A stretch of DNA of 38,848 nucleotides from a virus. Shown one piece after another: positions 9,377 through 18,091 of the stretch. Under the pieces are notes generated by a model. That model did no database searches and had not been told where the DNA came from. It saw nothing but the letters and a program-made list of their open reading frames with translations. Both the position numbers and the translations under genes were made by a program. Where the stretch lies: positions 1 to 38,848 of the IMG/VR virus record IMGVR_UViG_3300020202_000053; one strand, 5' to 3'. The first letter of the stretch is position 1. Each line of letters starts with the position of its first letter.

Positions 9377-9628
9377 TCAGGAGACGATTGCGCGGTCGGT
9401 GACGCGGCGCCAGTTGGTGCCGTCCGAGAAGGCCGGGACGTAGCCCCCCACCTCGTCGGTCACGTTGACCTGCCCGCCCTTCCAGGCCGACGCGCTGGGG
9501 AGGTTCGCCTTGGCGTACTCGGGCAGCATCACGGGGAAGTTGTCGCGGGCAGCGGAGAGGGTGATGAGGCTCACCACCCACTGGGCGAACCACTGAGGTG
9601 CAGTGGCGGGCGCGGGCGGGATTGTCAC
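9377..9628 (-). CDS. Small virion-module protein (83 aa, GTG start)
   Basis: ORF track. A GTGA overlap couples it to the upstream gene. Confidence 0.5.
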   Translation of the reverse strand: MTIPPAPATAPQWFAQWVVSLITLSAARDNFPVMLPEYAKANLPSASAWKGGQVNVTDEVGGYVPAFSDGTNWRRVTDRAIVS

Positions 9629-9810
9629 TCGCCCTCGCCTTCCACGGGCTCAGATGCCGGAGCGGGCGGCGGGTTGAGCGCCTCCGCCTCCTCCGCCGTC
9701 ATGGCGACCTTGTAGACCTTCCCGTCGCAGCGGGTGCCCAGGGCTTCGGGGGGAATGGGAGAGGACGGCACCAGAACGCCGTCGAGGAGGATGGCGGGGA
9801 TGGTGATCAT
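9625..9810 (-). CDS. Small virion-module protein (61 aa; start refined)
   Basis: In frame with ORF 9625-9882. ATG 9810 forms an ATGA overlap with the upstream stop. Sequence begins MITIPAILLDGVLVPSS... Confidence 0.45.
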   Translation of the reverse strand: MITIPAILLDGVLVPSSPIPPEALGTRCDGKVYKVAMTAEEAEALNPPPAPASEPVEGEGE

Positions 9811-10307
9811 GGCGCCCTCACGATGCGGACGTTGACCATTTCCAGCGTGATGGCGTTCGTCCCGGTGCCGGCGGTGCCCCACTGCCCGGTGACGACCAAC
9901 GTCTGGTCCTGCGTGGTGTCCACGACCCCCGTGGCGATGGTGGGCAGCGTGAGCGCGCTTAGCCCGCCCTGCTGCACCGAATTCTGTGGCGCGTAGGACC
10001 GTTGGGCGGCGGTGGAGTTGCGGTTGACGATGCGCGCCTGTGCCGGAAAGCGCGTCACCCCTGCGGCGCTGCTGGTGTAGGTGACGAAGGTCGTGCCGCC
10101 GAACTTGACGCGCAGAGTGCGCGCCACCGCCACACCGGACACGCCGGTGGGCGCCTCTATCTCCAGCCAGTCATTCGGCCCCAACGCTCCCCCTGGCACG
10201 GTACAGGAGAACAGGGTGGTCTCATTGGTCGTGGCGTCGGTGACGCTGCTGTCCGTGTTCTGGACCGCAAGGGTGCGGACGGAGGGGGAGGAGACGGCGC
10301 GGAGCAT
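9807..10307 (-). CDS. Beta-rich virion protein (166 aa; start refined)
   Basis: This is the C-terminal part of track ORF 9807-10910, whose N-terminal two thirds are an Arg/Pro/Gly-rich junk frame overlapping two better genes. ATG 10307 lies 2 nt after the upstream stop. Sequence begins MLRAVSSPSVRTLAVQNTDSS... Confidence 0.55.
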   Translation of the reverse strand: MLRAVSSPSVRTLAVQNTDSSVTDATTNETTLFSCTVPGGALGPNDWLEIEAPTGVSGVAVARTLRVKFGGTTFVTYTSSAAGVTRFPAQARIVNRNSTAAQRSYAPQNSVQQGGLSALTLPTIATGVVDTTQDQTLVVTGQWGTAGTGTNAITLEMVNVRIVRAP

Positions 10308-10309
10308 GG

Positions 10310-10606
10310 TCAGACCCCCTGCCCCGGAGTGACGCCCACGGTGGCCGTGCCCGACGCGGTGATGCCCGCCAGATGGGTCGCGCCGGCCGGAACGCGGAGG
10401 GTCTCGACCGTGCCGGGCAGCAGGTCGAGCCCCGCCGCCGTGGTCGCGGTCACGCTGGCATCGCCGAAGCGCAGATAGACCGTGACGCCGCTGGCGTTGC
10501 TCACCCGCAGCGAGCCGTAGTCGTTGATCGGCAGGGCGATGCGGGAGGTGGTCGTGGTGGCGCTGAGGTCCACCCGGGCGCCAGTCGGCATGAACGGGAA
10601 CGTCAT
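10310..10606 (-). CDS. Small beta-rich virion protein (98 aa)
   Basis: ORF track. It lies 3 nt after the upstream stop. Confidence 0.55.
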   Translation of the reverse strand: MTFPFMPTGARVDLSATTTTSRIALPINDYGSLRVSNASGVTVYLRFGDASVTATTAAGLDLLPGTVETLRVPAGATHLAGITASGTATVGVTPGQGV

Positions 10607-10609
10607 GGG

Positions 10610-11254
10610 TCAATACCCCCTGTTGATGTCGAAATGCCGCCCGGACAGCCGGCCCGCCTCCGTCGCCATCACGGCGCGCGAGCGGGAGCGGCTTTCCTTC
10701 TGCTGGACGCGCTCCAGGGCCTTGGCGAACTGGTCTTCCCAGAAGGCCACGTCGCCGGGATTGCGGGCGTAGGCGCGGGCCTGGATGAGCGAGCCGTACA
10801 GGTACAGCCCCGGATGGTTGGTCAGCAGCCAGTTGGTCGGCTCCGCGTCCGACAGGCTGAAGCTCTTGAAGAAGCGGAAGGCGATGGTCCGGGCCGCATC
10901 GGCCGGGCACTCGAACGCCACGTTCGCCCCGTCGATGGCGATGTAGCGGGGCGCGTGCGCCGTGGTGACGACGGGCAGTTCCTGCGGCAGCTTGATCGTC
11001 AGCGACTGGCGCGGCTCAAGGCTGCTGTCCCAGGCCGCGATGCAGTCGATATAGCCGGTGGGAAGCGCGATGAAGCGGCTGCCCGGCGTGGCGGTGAGCG
11101 TGACCTCGGTCTCCATCACCCGCAGCCGCAGCAGCGGGGCAAGAAGCTCCGTCTCGCACAGCGTTATGAAATCCGCCGTCTGTGTGCTCAGGTCATCGCG
11201 CCGGATCCACGACAGGATGGACGCCTGAAGCTCGGAATAGGTGGACAGCGCCAT
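10610..11254 (-). CDS. Head-completion / head-tail connector candidate (214 aa)
   Basis: ORF track. It is the first gene after the coat gene, with GGGAGG 5 nt upstream of the ATG. The N-terminus MALSTYSELQASILSWIRRDDL is of the type I recall from connector-region proteins of podophages. The assignment rests mainly on position. Confidence 0.45.
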   Translation of the reverse strand: MALSTYSELQASILSWIRRDDLSTQTADFITLCETELLAPLLRLRVMETEVTLTATPGSRFIALPTGYIDCIAAWDSSLEPRQSLTIKLPQELPVVTTAHAPRYIAIDGANVAFECPADAARTIAFRFFKSFSLSDAEPTNWLLTNHPGLYLYGSLIQARAYARNPGDVAFWEDQFAKALERVQQKESRSRSRAVMATEAGRLSGRHFDINRGY

Positions 11255-11304
11255 GGCGGCCTCCCGAGAGGATGGGGAGGAGCTTGACGCCCCTCCCCGG
11301 GCAC

Positions 11305-12483
11305 TCAGTTGGCGGCGATACGGGCGGCGAGCTGCGGGCGCAGCGTCTTGTACCCGTAGAGCACGTCGATGCGGGTCGGCATCACGTCGTCGTTGATGTC
11401 GTACTGGCGCACCAGCCGCATGGAGATGCCGTCGAAGACCTGGCGCGAGGCCATGTCCACGCCCTTCGGCATGACCAGATCGGCCGTGGCGAAGGTGAAG
11501 GCGTCCTTGTGGTAGGCCAGCGACAGGCCGTGCGCGGTCGACGCGGTGCCCGCCACGGTGATGGCGGCGTTGTCGGCCGGGCCGGCGGAGACGTTCTGCC
11601 GGGCGCCCGAGGTGACGATGGCCGGGCTGATGGAGATCGTGCCAGCACCGCCCGCATAGTCCGCCGTGACGACGAACTGCTGCAGCTCGCTCTGCGTCTG
11701 CTTGGTCTCGGGATGGACCTTGAAGACGTTGGCGATGGTGAACACGTCGCCCTTGCTCAGCGCACCGGTGCCGGTGTCGACGATCAGGGACGAGCCCGTC
11801 TGCGAGGCGCCGTTCACCAGATACCCCGAGCCGGCGCCGCGCTGGTGGCGGGGGATGAGGGTGTTCTGCGCGAACTCGAAGCCCGCGGCCGTGCCCATCA
11901 CGCCCTTGGTGTACTGCTTGGAGACCTCCGAGGACGACTGGAACAGGCCCTTCAGGCTGTCCACCAGATCCACGTTATCCCGGGTGTTCAGGCGGATGTA
12001 GCGGTCGTCGTCCTCGGGGGTGAGGGCGTCGGTCAGCAGCCGGCCGGCGTTGAGGATGTTGGCGAAGGTCTGGGCGGAGCCCATGCCGTTCACCTGCTGG
12101 TACACGTCCTTGTACATGCTGAAGGCGTCCGCCTCGATGGCCGACGCCAGCACGGACATGGCCGGCGTGATGATGCGCTTGGAGAAGTCGTCCAGCGACA
12201 GCGTGAGGTCGACGCTGGTGAAGTTCATGCCGACGTGCTTCTGCGTGGACACGGTGAGCGAGGTGTTCTGCTCGGTCGTGTCCTGCTTCACCAGCGTGGC
12301 GCCGGTGGAGACGGTGTACTCGTTCGGCAGGCGGATGCGCAGGGTGGAGCCGATCTTGGCGCCGTCCTGCGCGAAGCTCGCGTCGTACTGGCGATTGATC
12401 GAGCCGATGAAGTTGAGCTTCTGGTGGAGGATGCGCAGGGCTTCCCGCGTGATCTGGTCGACGGTGAGGAGCGTGTTCGCCAT
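11305..12483 (-). CDS. Major capsid (coat) protein, P22-coat-like family (392 aa)
   Basis: ORF track. The N-terminus MANTLLTVDQITREALRILHQKLNF... matches the P22-type coat family from memory. The position after scaffold and portal fits. Confidence 0.8.
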   Translation of the reverse strand: MANTLLTVDQITREALRILHQKLNFIGSINRQYDASFAQDGAKIGSTLRIRLPNEYTVSTGATLVKQDTTEQNTSLTVSTQKHVGMNFTSVDLTLSLDDFSKRIITPAMSVLASAIEADAFSMYKDVYQQVNGMGSAQTFANILNAGRLLTDALTPEDDDRYIRLNTRDNVDLVDSLKGLFQSSSEVSKQYTKGVMGTAAGFEFAQNTLIPRHQRGAGSGYLVNGASQTGSSLIVDTGTGALSKGDVFTIANVFKVHPETKQTQSELQQFVVTADYAGGAGTISISPAIVTSGARQNVSAGPADNAAITVAGTASTAHGLSLAYHKDAFTFATADLVMPKGVDMASRQVFDGISMRLVRQYDINDDVMPTRIDVLYGYKTLRPQLAARIAAN

Positions 12484-12518
12484 GGTCAGGGTGTCCTTCT
12501 AGGGGCCTGCGGGCGCCG

Positions 12519-13415
12519 TCACGGCGCGCGCTTCTTGCGTTCTTGCTGGTTCCGCCACCGCATCCACTCCTCGGTGGACATCTGCGCCTGGTTCTTGACG
12601 GCCTGGGTCGCACCCTTGCCCACCTGGGGCGCCGGCTTCACCTCGGGCTTCTCGACCTGCTTGGCGGCGGAGAGTTGCTTGTTCAGGAGCTGTTGCCCGA
12701 CGAAGGCTGCGTGCAGGACCTTGATGACGCGCGGATCGTCCACGTTGCCGAGTTCGGCTTCCTGGAACCCGAGCGTCTTACCGAAGTCTGTCAGCTTGGC
12801 CGCGAGGTCGGGACCCCAGCCCTTGATGTCGCGCGCAAGGACACTGTTGGCTTCCTGAAGGCGCTTGGCGCGTTCGCGCTGCGTCTCCTCAGACCGTTGG
12901 TACTCCTTCGCCGCGAGCTGCTGCGCCAGAGTGGCGCGCTGGTCACGGAGCAGGGTGAACTCGCGGAACGCGGCCTGGGCCTTGAACGGGTCCTGGGCTT
13001 CCAGCGCGTTCCAGTCCACCTGCTGGTACTGCGCCAGCCGCTCGTCGAGCGACTGGAGGCGCGCGACCTCGCGGATGTTCTCCTGCATGAACTGGGCTTG
13101 CTGCTGCACCGTCTGCTGGTGCTGTTCCAGTGCCCGCCGCTGCTCGGCAACTTCCTGGGTCTTGCGCGTGTAGTCCTGCTGCATGAGCAGCAGGGGCTTC
13201 AAGGCCTTGGGGACCTTGTACTTCTGGCCTTCGTGTTCGACTTCCTCGCTGTCGTCCTCGGGCTCGGGCTGGACGGGGTTGCCGTCCGCGTCGAGTTCCG
13301 GGGCGTCCTGCTCGGATTGGTCGAGAGTGTCAGCCTTGCTGGTGTCCGCAGCCTGCGCCGCGGCGTCCTGCATGGCGTCCCCACTCTCCACGGGGGAGTT
13401 GGTGGTTTCGTCCAT
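12519..13415 (-). CDS. Scaffolding protein (298 aa)
   Basis: ORF track. It lies between portal and coat, with an acidic N-terminus, a long Q/E/A/R-rich helical body and a basic C-terminus. Confidence 0.6.
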   Translation of the reverse strand: MDETTNSPVESGDAMQDAAAQAADTSKADTLDQSEQDAPELDADGNPVQPEPEDDSEEVEHEGQKYKVPKALKPLLLMQQDYTRKTQEVAEQRRALEQHQQTVQQQAQFMQENIREVARLQSLDERLAQYQQVDWNALEAQDPFKAQAAFREFTLLRDQRATLAQQLAAKEYQRSEETQRERAKRLQEANSVLARDIKGWGPDLAAKLTDFGKTLGFQEAELGNVDDPRVIKVLHAAFVGQQLLNKQLSAAKQVEKPEVKPAPQVGKGATQAVKNQAQMSTEEWMRWRNQQERKKRAP

Positions 13416-13485
13416 GGATAAGGGTCCATCTTAGGGAAATGGCGCGTCTCACGACGGGCCGCCGCCGGCGGATGCCGGTGCCTCG

Positions 13486-15495
13486 TTAGCCTGGCTGTCC
13501 GCCGGGCTGAATGGGTGACGTGGCGAAGGACGCCGCCGCGGTGGCCGCGCCCATCTGCGCCTTGAGGGCAAGCTCCGCTTCCGCCTGCTCGCGCTGCAAC
13601 TGAAGCTCCGCCTGCAGCTGTTCGCGCCGCAGCGCCATGTCCTGCTGCATCTTCTCGCGCTGAAGCTGGCCCTGCTGCTGGAGCTTGGCCTGCTCGATCT
13701 GCGCTTCCATCTGCAGCTTCGCCATCTCGCCCTGCGCCTTGGCCTGGGCTTCCGCCTGGGCCTTCTGCGCCGCCGCGTTGGGGTCCTGCGCCTGCGTCAT
13801 CTGCTGCTGCAGCGCCTGCATGCGCTGGGCGATCTCGTCCGCCCCGGGCCAGTCCAGGTTCTTCGCCAGCAGGTCACCGACCATCGGGGCCGCCTGCGGG
13901 AAGGCGCGGACCAGCTCCAGCATCTGGTTGGCCGCCTCCTCGCGCTTGGTCGTGTAGGACGGGCCGGCGGAGACCACGAGGTCGTACTTGCCCAGCGTCA
14001 GGTCATAGATGCGGTCGAAGCCCGGCGGCGGGGGCACGGGCTGCCCGTCCGGCCCCTGCGCCTGCTGTCCGACCATGGCGTTCTTCGGCTGTCCGTCCTC
14101 TCCCAGCACGCGGACGACGCGCTGCTCGGTGTAGACGGCGGGGATCAGGTCCAGCAGCACGCGGCCGGCGTGGCGGATGGCGCGGGACAGGTTGTCGATG
14201 AAGTGGAAGGTGGAGGTGTCCCCCTCCCGCTGGCGCGCGACGATGGCCCGGCCTGAGGTCTCATTGCCCTGGGCACCGAGCGCGGCGTCGAAGATGCCGG
14301 TGATGGCCTTGATGTCGTCCGAGGCGTTCAGCGCTTCCTGCAGCGCACCGGCCGGCACGCCCTCGAAGGGCTGGCGCTGAGGGGCGATCTGCCCGTCGAA
14401 CTCGATGTAGGACCAGTTCTGCGTGTTCGCCGTGGCCCATTTGTCGGCATCGGTGGTGAACGCGCCCTTGGGCCCGATGTAGGGTGCCTTCGGGGCCAGC
14501 GCCACCAACTCGGTCGAGGTGGTGCGCCAGTAGTTCAGCATGCGCTGGCTGTCCTTGGCGTCCCGGATGAGCGAGCGGAAATGCCGCTTGCCCTCGACGT
14601 TCACCTCCTCGCCATAGACCGGGATGATCGGGATGTAGCGCCCGGCCCACGGGGTCTCCTCGATCACCTCGGCACCCGTCATCAGGCGCTGCGTGACCTT
14701 GTGCGACTTGGTGGTGCGCTCGCCCACCACAACGATGCCGGCGGCGTCGAAGGCGTCCTTGTACTGCTGGTACCGGCCGGCATCGACGATGGTCCGATCC
14801 GAGAGCAGGACGATCTTGCGCTCGACCTCCTCGCGCTTCCACCACTCCGCCACCAACACGGAGTCGTCGGTGATCCACTGGTCCGCCAGATCGCCGTAGC
14901 CCTCGGCCGTCCAGTCGACCGGCTTGGCGCCCTTGAAGCGGCGCTCGAACTCGGACTTCTTGATCCAGTCCGTGACGAACGCCGTGTTCCAATCGGCGCT
15001 GTCAGCCGCGGTCGAATGCGGGTCGCCATAGACCGAGAACGGGTTGGCGATCGCCTGGATCAGCAGGTCGCGGTCGAAGCTGTCGTCGCAGGCGTACTCG
15101 ATGCCGATCCGGAAATACCCGAAGCCCATGGTGACGGCGAAGTCGCTTGCCGTGTCATAGGCCACGTCCGCGTTGGACGTGTACTCGATGTTCCGGATCA
15201 GCCCGTTGATGATCTCCGCCGTCTGCGGATCGGCCTTGTCGTCGACCGGGCGCACGCGGATGGAGGGCTTGTTCTGCCGGGCGTCGTTCGTGACCTGACG
15301 GATGATGGCCGGCATGCGGTTGATGGTGAGGCAAGGACGCCCGTCGAGATCGCGCTGCCGGCGCACCTCCTCGGGCCACTGCTCCCCCAGGCGGGCAAAG
15401 CGCAGATCGTCCAGGGCGGCCACGCGGTTGTCGCTCTCCACCTCCTGGCAGAGATCGAAGGCCTCGCGGGCTTCCTTCAGGATGTCGTCAGCCAT
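13486..15495 (-). CDS. Portal protein, P22-type with C-terminal coiled-coil barrel (669 aa; start refined)
   Basis: The track ORF 13486-15807 has a junk N-terminal extension overlapping terL. The real ATG at 15495 overlaps the terL stop (TGATG). Sequence MADDILKEAREAFDLCQEVESDNRVAALDDLRFARLGEQWPEEVRRQRDLDGRPCLTINRMP... is a typical portal N-terminus. The C-terminus is Q/A-rich coiled coil. Confidence 0.9.
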   Translation of the reverse strand: MADDILKEAREAFDLCQEVESDNRVAALDDLRFARLGEQWPEEVRRQRDLDGRPCLTINRMPAIIRQVTNDARQNKPSIRVRPVDDKADPQTAEIINGLIRNIEYTSNADVAYDTASDFAVTMGFGYFRIGIEYACDDSFDRDLLIQAIANPFSVYGDPHSTAADSADWNTAFVTDWIKKSEFERRFKGAKPVDWTAEGYGDLADQWITDDSVLVAEWWKREEVERKIVLLSDRTIVDAGRYQQYKDAFDAAGIVVVGERTTKSHKVTQRLMTGAEVIEETPWAGRYIPIIPVYGEEVNVEGKRHFRSLIRDAKDSQRMLNYWRTTSTELVALAPKAPYIGPKGAFTTDADKWATANTQNWSYIEFDGQIAPQRQPFEGVPAGALQEALNASDDIKAITGIFDAALGAQGNETSGRAIVARQREGDTSTFHFIDNLSRAIRHAGRVLLDLIPAVYTEQRVVRVLGEDGQPKNAMVGQQAQGPDGQPVPPPPGFDRIYDLTLGKYDLVVSAGPSYTTKREEAANQMLELVRAFPQAAPMVGDLLAKNLDWPGADEIAQRMQALQQQMTQAQDPNAAAQKAQAEAQAKAQGEMAKLQMEAQIEQAKLQQQGQLQREKMQQDMALRREQLQAELQLQREQAEAELALKAQMGAATAAASFATSPIQPGGQPG

Positions 15496-16745
15496 CAGCC
15501 CATCCACCCGCCTGAGACAATCCTGCGCTCGACCTGCCGGCGCTTCGGCTGCGCCACCACGGCCGGGAACAACTCCGTGAAACCCCACACCAGCGCGTCC
15601 ACCCGGTCGGGCGAGCCGTCGCCTTCGAACCCTGCCGCGGTCATCTGGCACATCTGCCCCTCCAGCCGGTCGAAGGTGCCGACGTGGCTGATGCGGTCCA
15701 GCGCGTAGAGGGCGGAGATCGGCTCCGCCCGGACGTGCTTGCCGCGCGTGGCCGTCACTTCCACGATGCGGATGCCGGGCCGGACGCTCTCCAGGGTGAA
15801 GCGGCACATGTCGCCGCCCTGGTTGCGCTCGATGACGATGCAGTCCGCCTCGAAGCGGTCATAGAGGGCGATGGCCCGCTCGGCCCATTGCCGGGGCGCG
15901 CCCTTCATTGAGCCGTCCTCCAGCACATAGCCCCGCCCGTCCTGTCCGGCGGCGCAGACCACGATGCCGTGTTCGTCCGATCCCGCTTCCGCGCTCACCG
16001 CTGGGTCGACCGCGACGACGATGCGCGCCAAGTGCGGCGCCTCCGCCCTGCGGTTGCGGTGCAGGTTGGCGCGGTCCCAGATGGCTCCCACGGCGGTGGG
16101 CTCGTACTCGCCTTCCCAGATGTGCCCGTAGCGGTCGGGCTTGGTGCGCTGGTCGTAAAGCCGCTCCTCCTCCAGCTCGCGGGGGAAGAACGGGTTGTCG
16201 TTGTAGTTCACCCGGACCACGGCGCTGTCCGGCGGCGGCGTCGGGCCCCGGAGCAGCTGGTCAACCGGATCGGCCGCGTTGCGCGGGTTCCAGGTGAACC
16301 AGAGTTCCGAGCCCGGCGCGCGGATGGTGGGGCGCAGCATCTCCAGCGACCGTGCGGAGAGCGTCTGCGCCTCTTCGGCCCAGGCGACGTGGAAGCCCTC
16401 CAGCGACTTGATGCTCTCCGCCGTGTGGTCCTGCATGCCCTGGAACAGGATCACCCCGCCGCCGGGGGTCTTGATCTCCGTGTTCAGGCACTCGAACTCC
16501 GAGCCGACGCCCATGGCCCGTATCTTGTCCTCGATGAGGCGCTTGGCGCTCTCCTTGAGGGTCTTCTGGACCTCGCGGATACACACGGCGCGGAAGCCGT
16601 CGCGCATGAGGGCCGTCTCGACCATCAACTCGGCGAAGAAGTGCGACTTGCCCGATCCACGGCCACCATGCGCGCCCTTGTAGCGCGAGGGCTTCAGCAG
16701 CGGGACGAAGACCCTAGGTGTTGGAAGCTGGATCGACGACGACAC
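15495..16745 (-). CDS. terL: Terminase large subunit (PBSX/Terminase_3-like, 416 aa, GTG start)
   Basis: ORF track. Walker A motif YKGAHGGRGSGKS is present, with a nuclease-type C-terminal half. GGAGA lies 7 nt upstream of GTG 16745. Confidence 0.93.
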   Translation of the reverse strand: MSSSIQLPTPRVFVPLLKPSRYKGAHGGRGSGKSHFFAELMVETALMRDGFRAVCIREVQKTLKESAKRLIEDKIRAMGVGSEFECLNTEIKTPGGGVILFQGMQDHTAESIKSLEGFHVAWAEEAQTLSARSLEMLRPTIRAPGSELWFTWNPRNAADPVDQLLRGPTPPPDSAVVRVNYNDNPFFPRELEEERLYDQRTKPDRYGHIWEGEYEPTAVGAIWDRANLHRNRRAEAPHLARIVVAVDPAVSAEAGSDEHGIVVCAAGQDGRGYVLEDGSMKGAPRQWAERAIALYDRFEADCIVIERNQGGDMCRFTLESVRPGIRIVEVTATRGKHVRAEPISALYALDRISHVGTFDRLEGQMCQMTAAGFEGDGSPDRVDALVWGFTELFPAVVAQPKRRQVERRIVSGGWMG

Positions 16746-17013
16746 GCCGGATCTCCGTCACCAACGGGTTCTTGGCATCGCCCGAAATCTGCGTCGGCAG
16801 CACCTTCGCCAGCAGACCCATGAACGCCTGCGGGTTGGCCCGCGCCTGCTCCACCAGATAGTCGGAGCCGCCCACCTCACCGAAGGCCGCGAGGATCGCT
16901 TCCTTGATGTCCTTGGTGATCTTGTTGGGCGTGCCCTTCTGCCGGCCGCCCCTGCGCTCGCCTGGCTTGGAGCCTCCGCGCTTGGGTCGGCTATCCGGGC
17001 CTACTTTAGCCAT
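16714..17013 (-). CDS. Small basic DNA-binding protein, putative terminase small subunit (99 aa; start refined)
   Basis: In frame with ORF 16714-17160, starting at ATG 17013. Sequence MAKVGPDSRPKRGGSKPGERRGGRQKGTPNKITKDIKEA... It lies immediately upstream of terL and overlaps it by 32 nt. Confidence 0.5.
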   Translation of the reverse strand: MAKVGPDSRPKRGGSKPGERRGGRQKGTPNKITKDIKEAILAAFGEVGGSDYLVEQARANPQAFMGLLAKVLPTQISGDAKNPLVTEIRRVVVDPASNT

Positions 17014-17075
17014 GCCACGTCTCGCCACTCCCTCGCGGGTTGGTGGCGCCTCTGTGGTGATAAGGGGTGATGGGG

Positions 17076-17147
17076 TCAGGCGCCGGGAAGGCGCTGCCAG
17101 ATCGCTACGAGGACGAGAGCGAGGAAGTAGCCGGCGATGAAGGCCAT
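17076..17147 (-). CDS. Possible 23-aa hydrophobic micro-protein
   Basis: Not in the track because it is under 60 aa. ATG 17147 has GGGGG 6 nt upstream. Sequence is MAFIAGYFLALVLVAIWQRLPGA, and nearly all codons end in C or G as in real genes here. Confidence 0.3.
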   Translation of the reverse strand: MAFIAGYFLALVLVAIWQRLPGA

Positions 17148-17238
17148 GGCTTACCCCCAAACGACATGCGCCCGAGGTGGTTAGCCCCAGGCGCAGAAAT
17201 CCATCGTGGTAAATTACTACTATATTTCCGTCCGGGGG

Positions 17239-17847
17239 TCAAGCGGCACACCTCCTATGGGTGTTCGCCGATATGTAGAGGTCTACCGCCTCCAGAATGG
17301 CAGCCCTAGCGCTCACCCGGCGCTTGCCCATGTCATACGCAGCGTCCTCCAGGGTGCAGCCGCCGGCCAGGTAGTCGATGATGAGGAGCGCTTCGTGGCC
17401 CTCCCGCCGGCAGTCGCGCACCCAATCCTTGAAGGCGCGCGAGACGCGTGCTTGGCGGGCCAGTTCTTCCTTCGTGGGCTCACCCGGAAGACCGCGGCCC
17501 ATGCGCTCGCCATAGTTGGCGGTCTTGCATCCCACGGTGCCGCCGGTCAGCAGCCAGCCCTCCATGATGCGGTCCACCGCCATCTCCCGGGGCCCGGTGA
17601 TCTCGGCCCAGAAGCGGGCGTCAGGCTTGCGGCGGCGGCAGCGCTCCCGGGTCTTGCGGGTGTTGCCGGGGCCGTTCATCACCACCACCTCCACCGGCTC
17701 CGTGGGGGCGTTCACCTCCTGGCAGGCGGTGGCGTCGGTGACGGAGAGCATGGCGAGGTACATGCGCCGCTCCCGGGCCTGCCGGCGGAGCTGGCGGTTC
17801 GCCTCGGCACAGACCTGGGGGTAGACGACCTTGGCGGCGGTGGTCAT
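17239..17847 (-). CDS. Hypothetical protein with C-terminal HTH (202 aa; start refined); candidate late-gene regulator
   Basis: In frame with ORF 17239-17970, starting at ATG 17847. The C-terminus ...LLIIDYLAGGCTLEDAAYDMGKRRVSARAAILEAV looks like sigma-70 region 4. It is the last gene before the AT-rich island and the packaging genes. Confidence 0.4.
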   Translation of the reverse strand: MTTAAKVVYPQVCAEANRQLRRQARERRMYLAMLSVTDATACQEVNAPTEPVEVVVMNGPGNTRKTRERCRRRKPDARFWAEITGPREMAVDRIMEGWLLTGGTVGCKTANYGERMGRGLPGEPTKEELARQARVSRAFKDWVRDCRREGHEALLIIDYLAGGCTLEDAAYDMGKRRVSARAAILEAVDLYISANTHRRCAA

Positions 17848-17864
17848 GCTCTTGCCTCTCCTGC

Positions 17865-18086
17865 TCAGGACACGGTGCCGTGGTGGGGAATGGTGATGTG
17901 CGGCGTGGTGGCGCGCATGAACACCGCCAGAGCCGCGGCCGTGGCGCCTATGGCCTGGATGGCGCCCCACAGTGCTACCGTCTGCGGGTCATCGGCCCGC
18001 GCCGCCTGCGCGTGTGCCAGTTCGGCAACCTCGGTCATCATCGCGTGGATCTGCTTCAGTTGCTCGGCAGGCTCGGTCTCGGTCAT
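17865..18086 (-). CDS. Hypothetical protein (73 aa; start refined)
   Basis: ATG 18086 is preceded by AAGGAG. It is in frame with ORF 17865-18143. Confidence 0.55.
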   Translation of the reverse strand: MTETEPAEQLKQIHAMMTEVAELAHAQAARADDPQTVALWGAIQAIGATAAALAVFMRATTPHITIPHHGTVS

Positions 18087-18091
18087 CTCCG

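Noticed and set aside
10308-10910. N-terminal 200 codons of track ORF 9807-10910
   Set aside because: It overlaps two better genes (10310-10606 and 10610-11254) in another frame and has junk composition. The real start is ATG 10307.
11182-12858. 558-aa plus-strand ORF across the coat and scaffold genes
   Set aside because: This is a shadow frame opposite the recognisable coat protein. It has Arg/Gly/Val/Asp-rich junk composition.
15496-15807. N-terminal 104-codon extension of the portal ORF in the track (13486-15807)
   Set aside because: The extension overlaps the terL C-terminus and is Arg/Pro/Gly junk. The portal-like sequence begins at ATG 15495, exactly at the terL stop.
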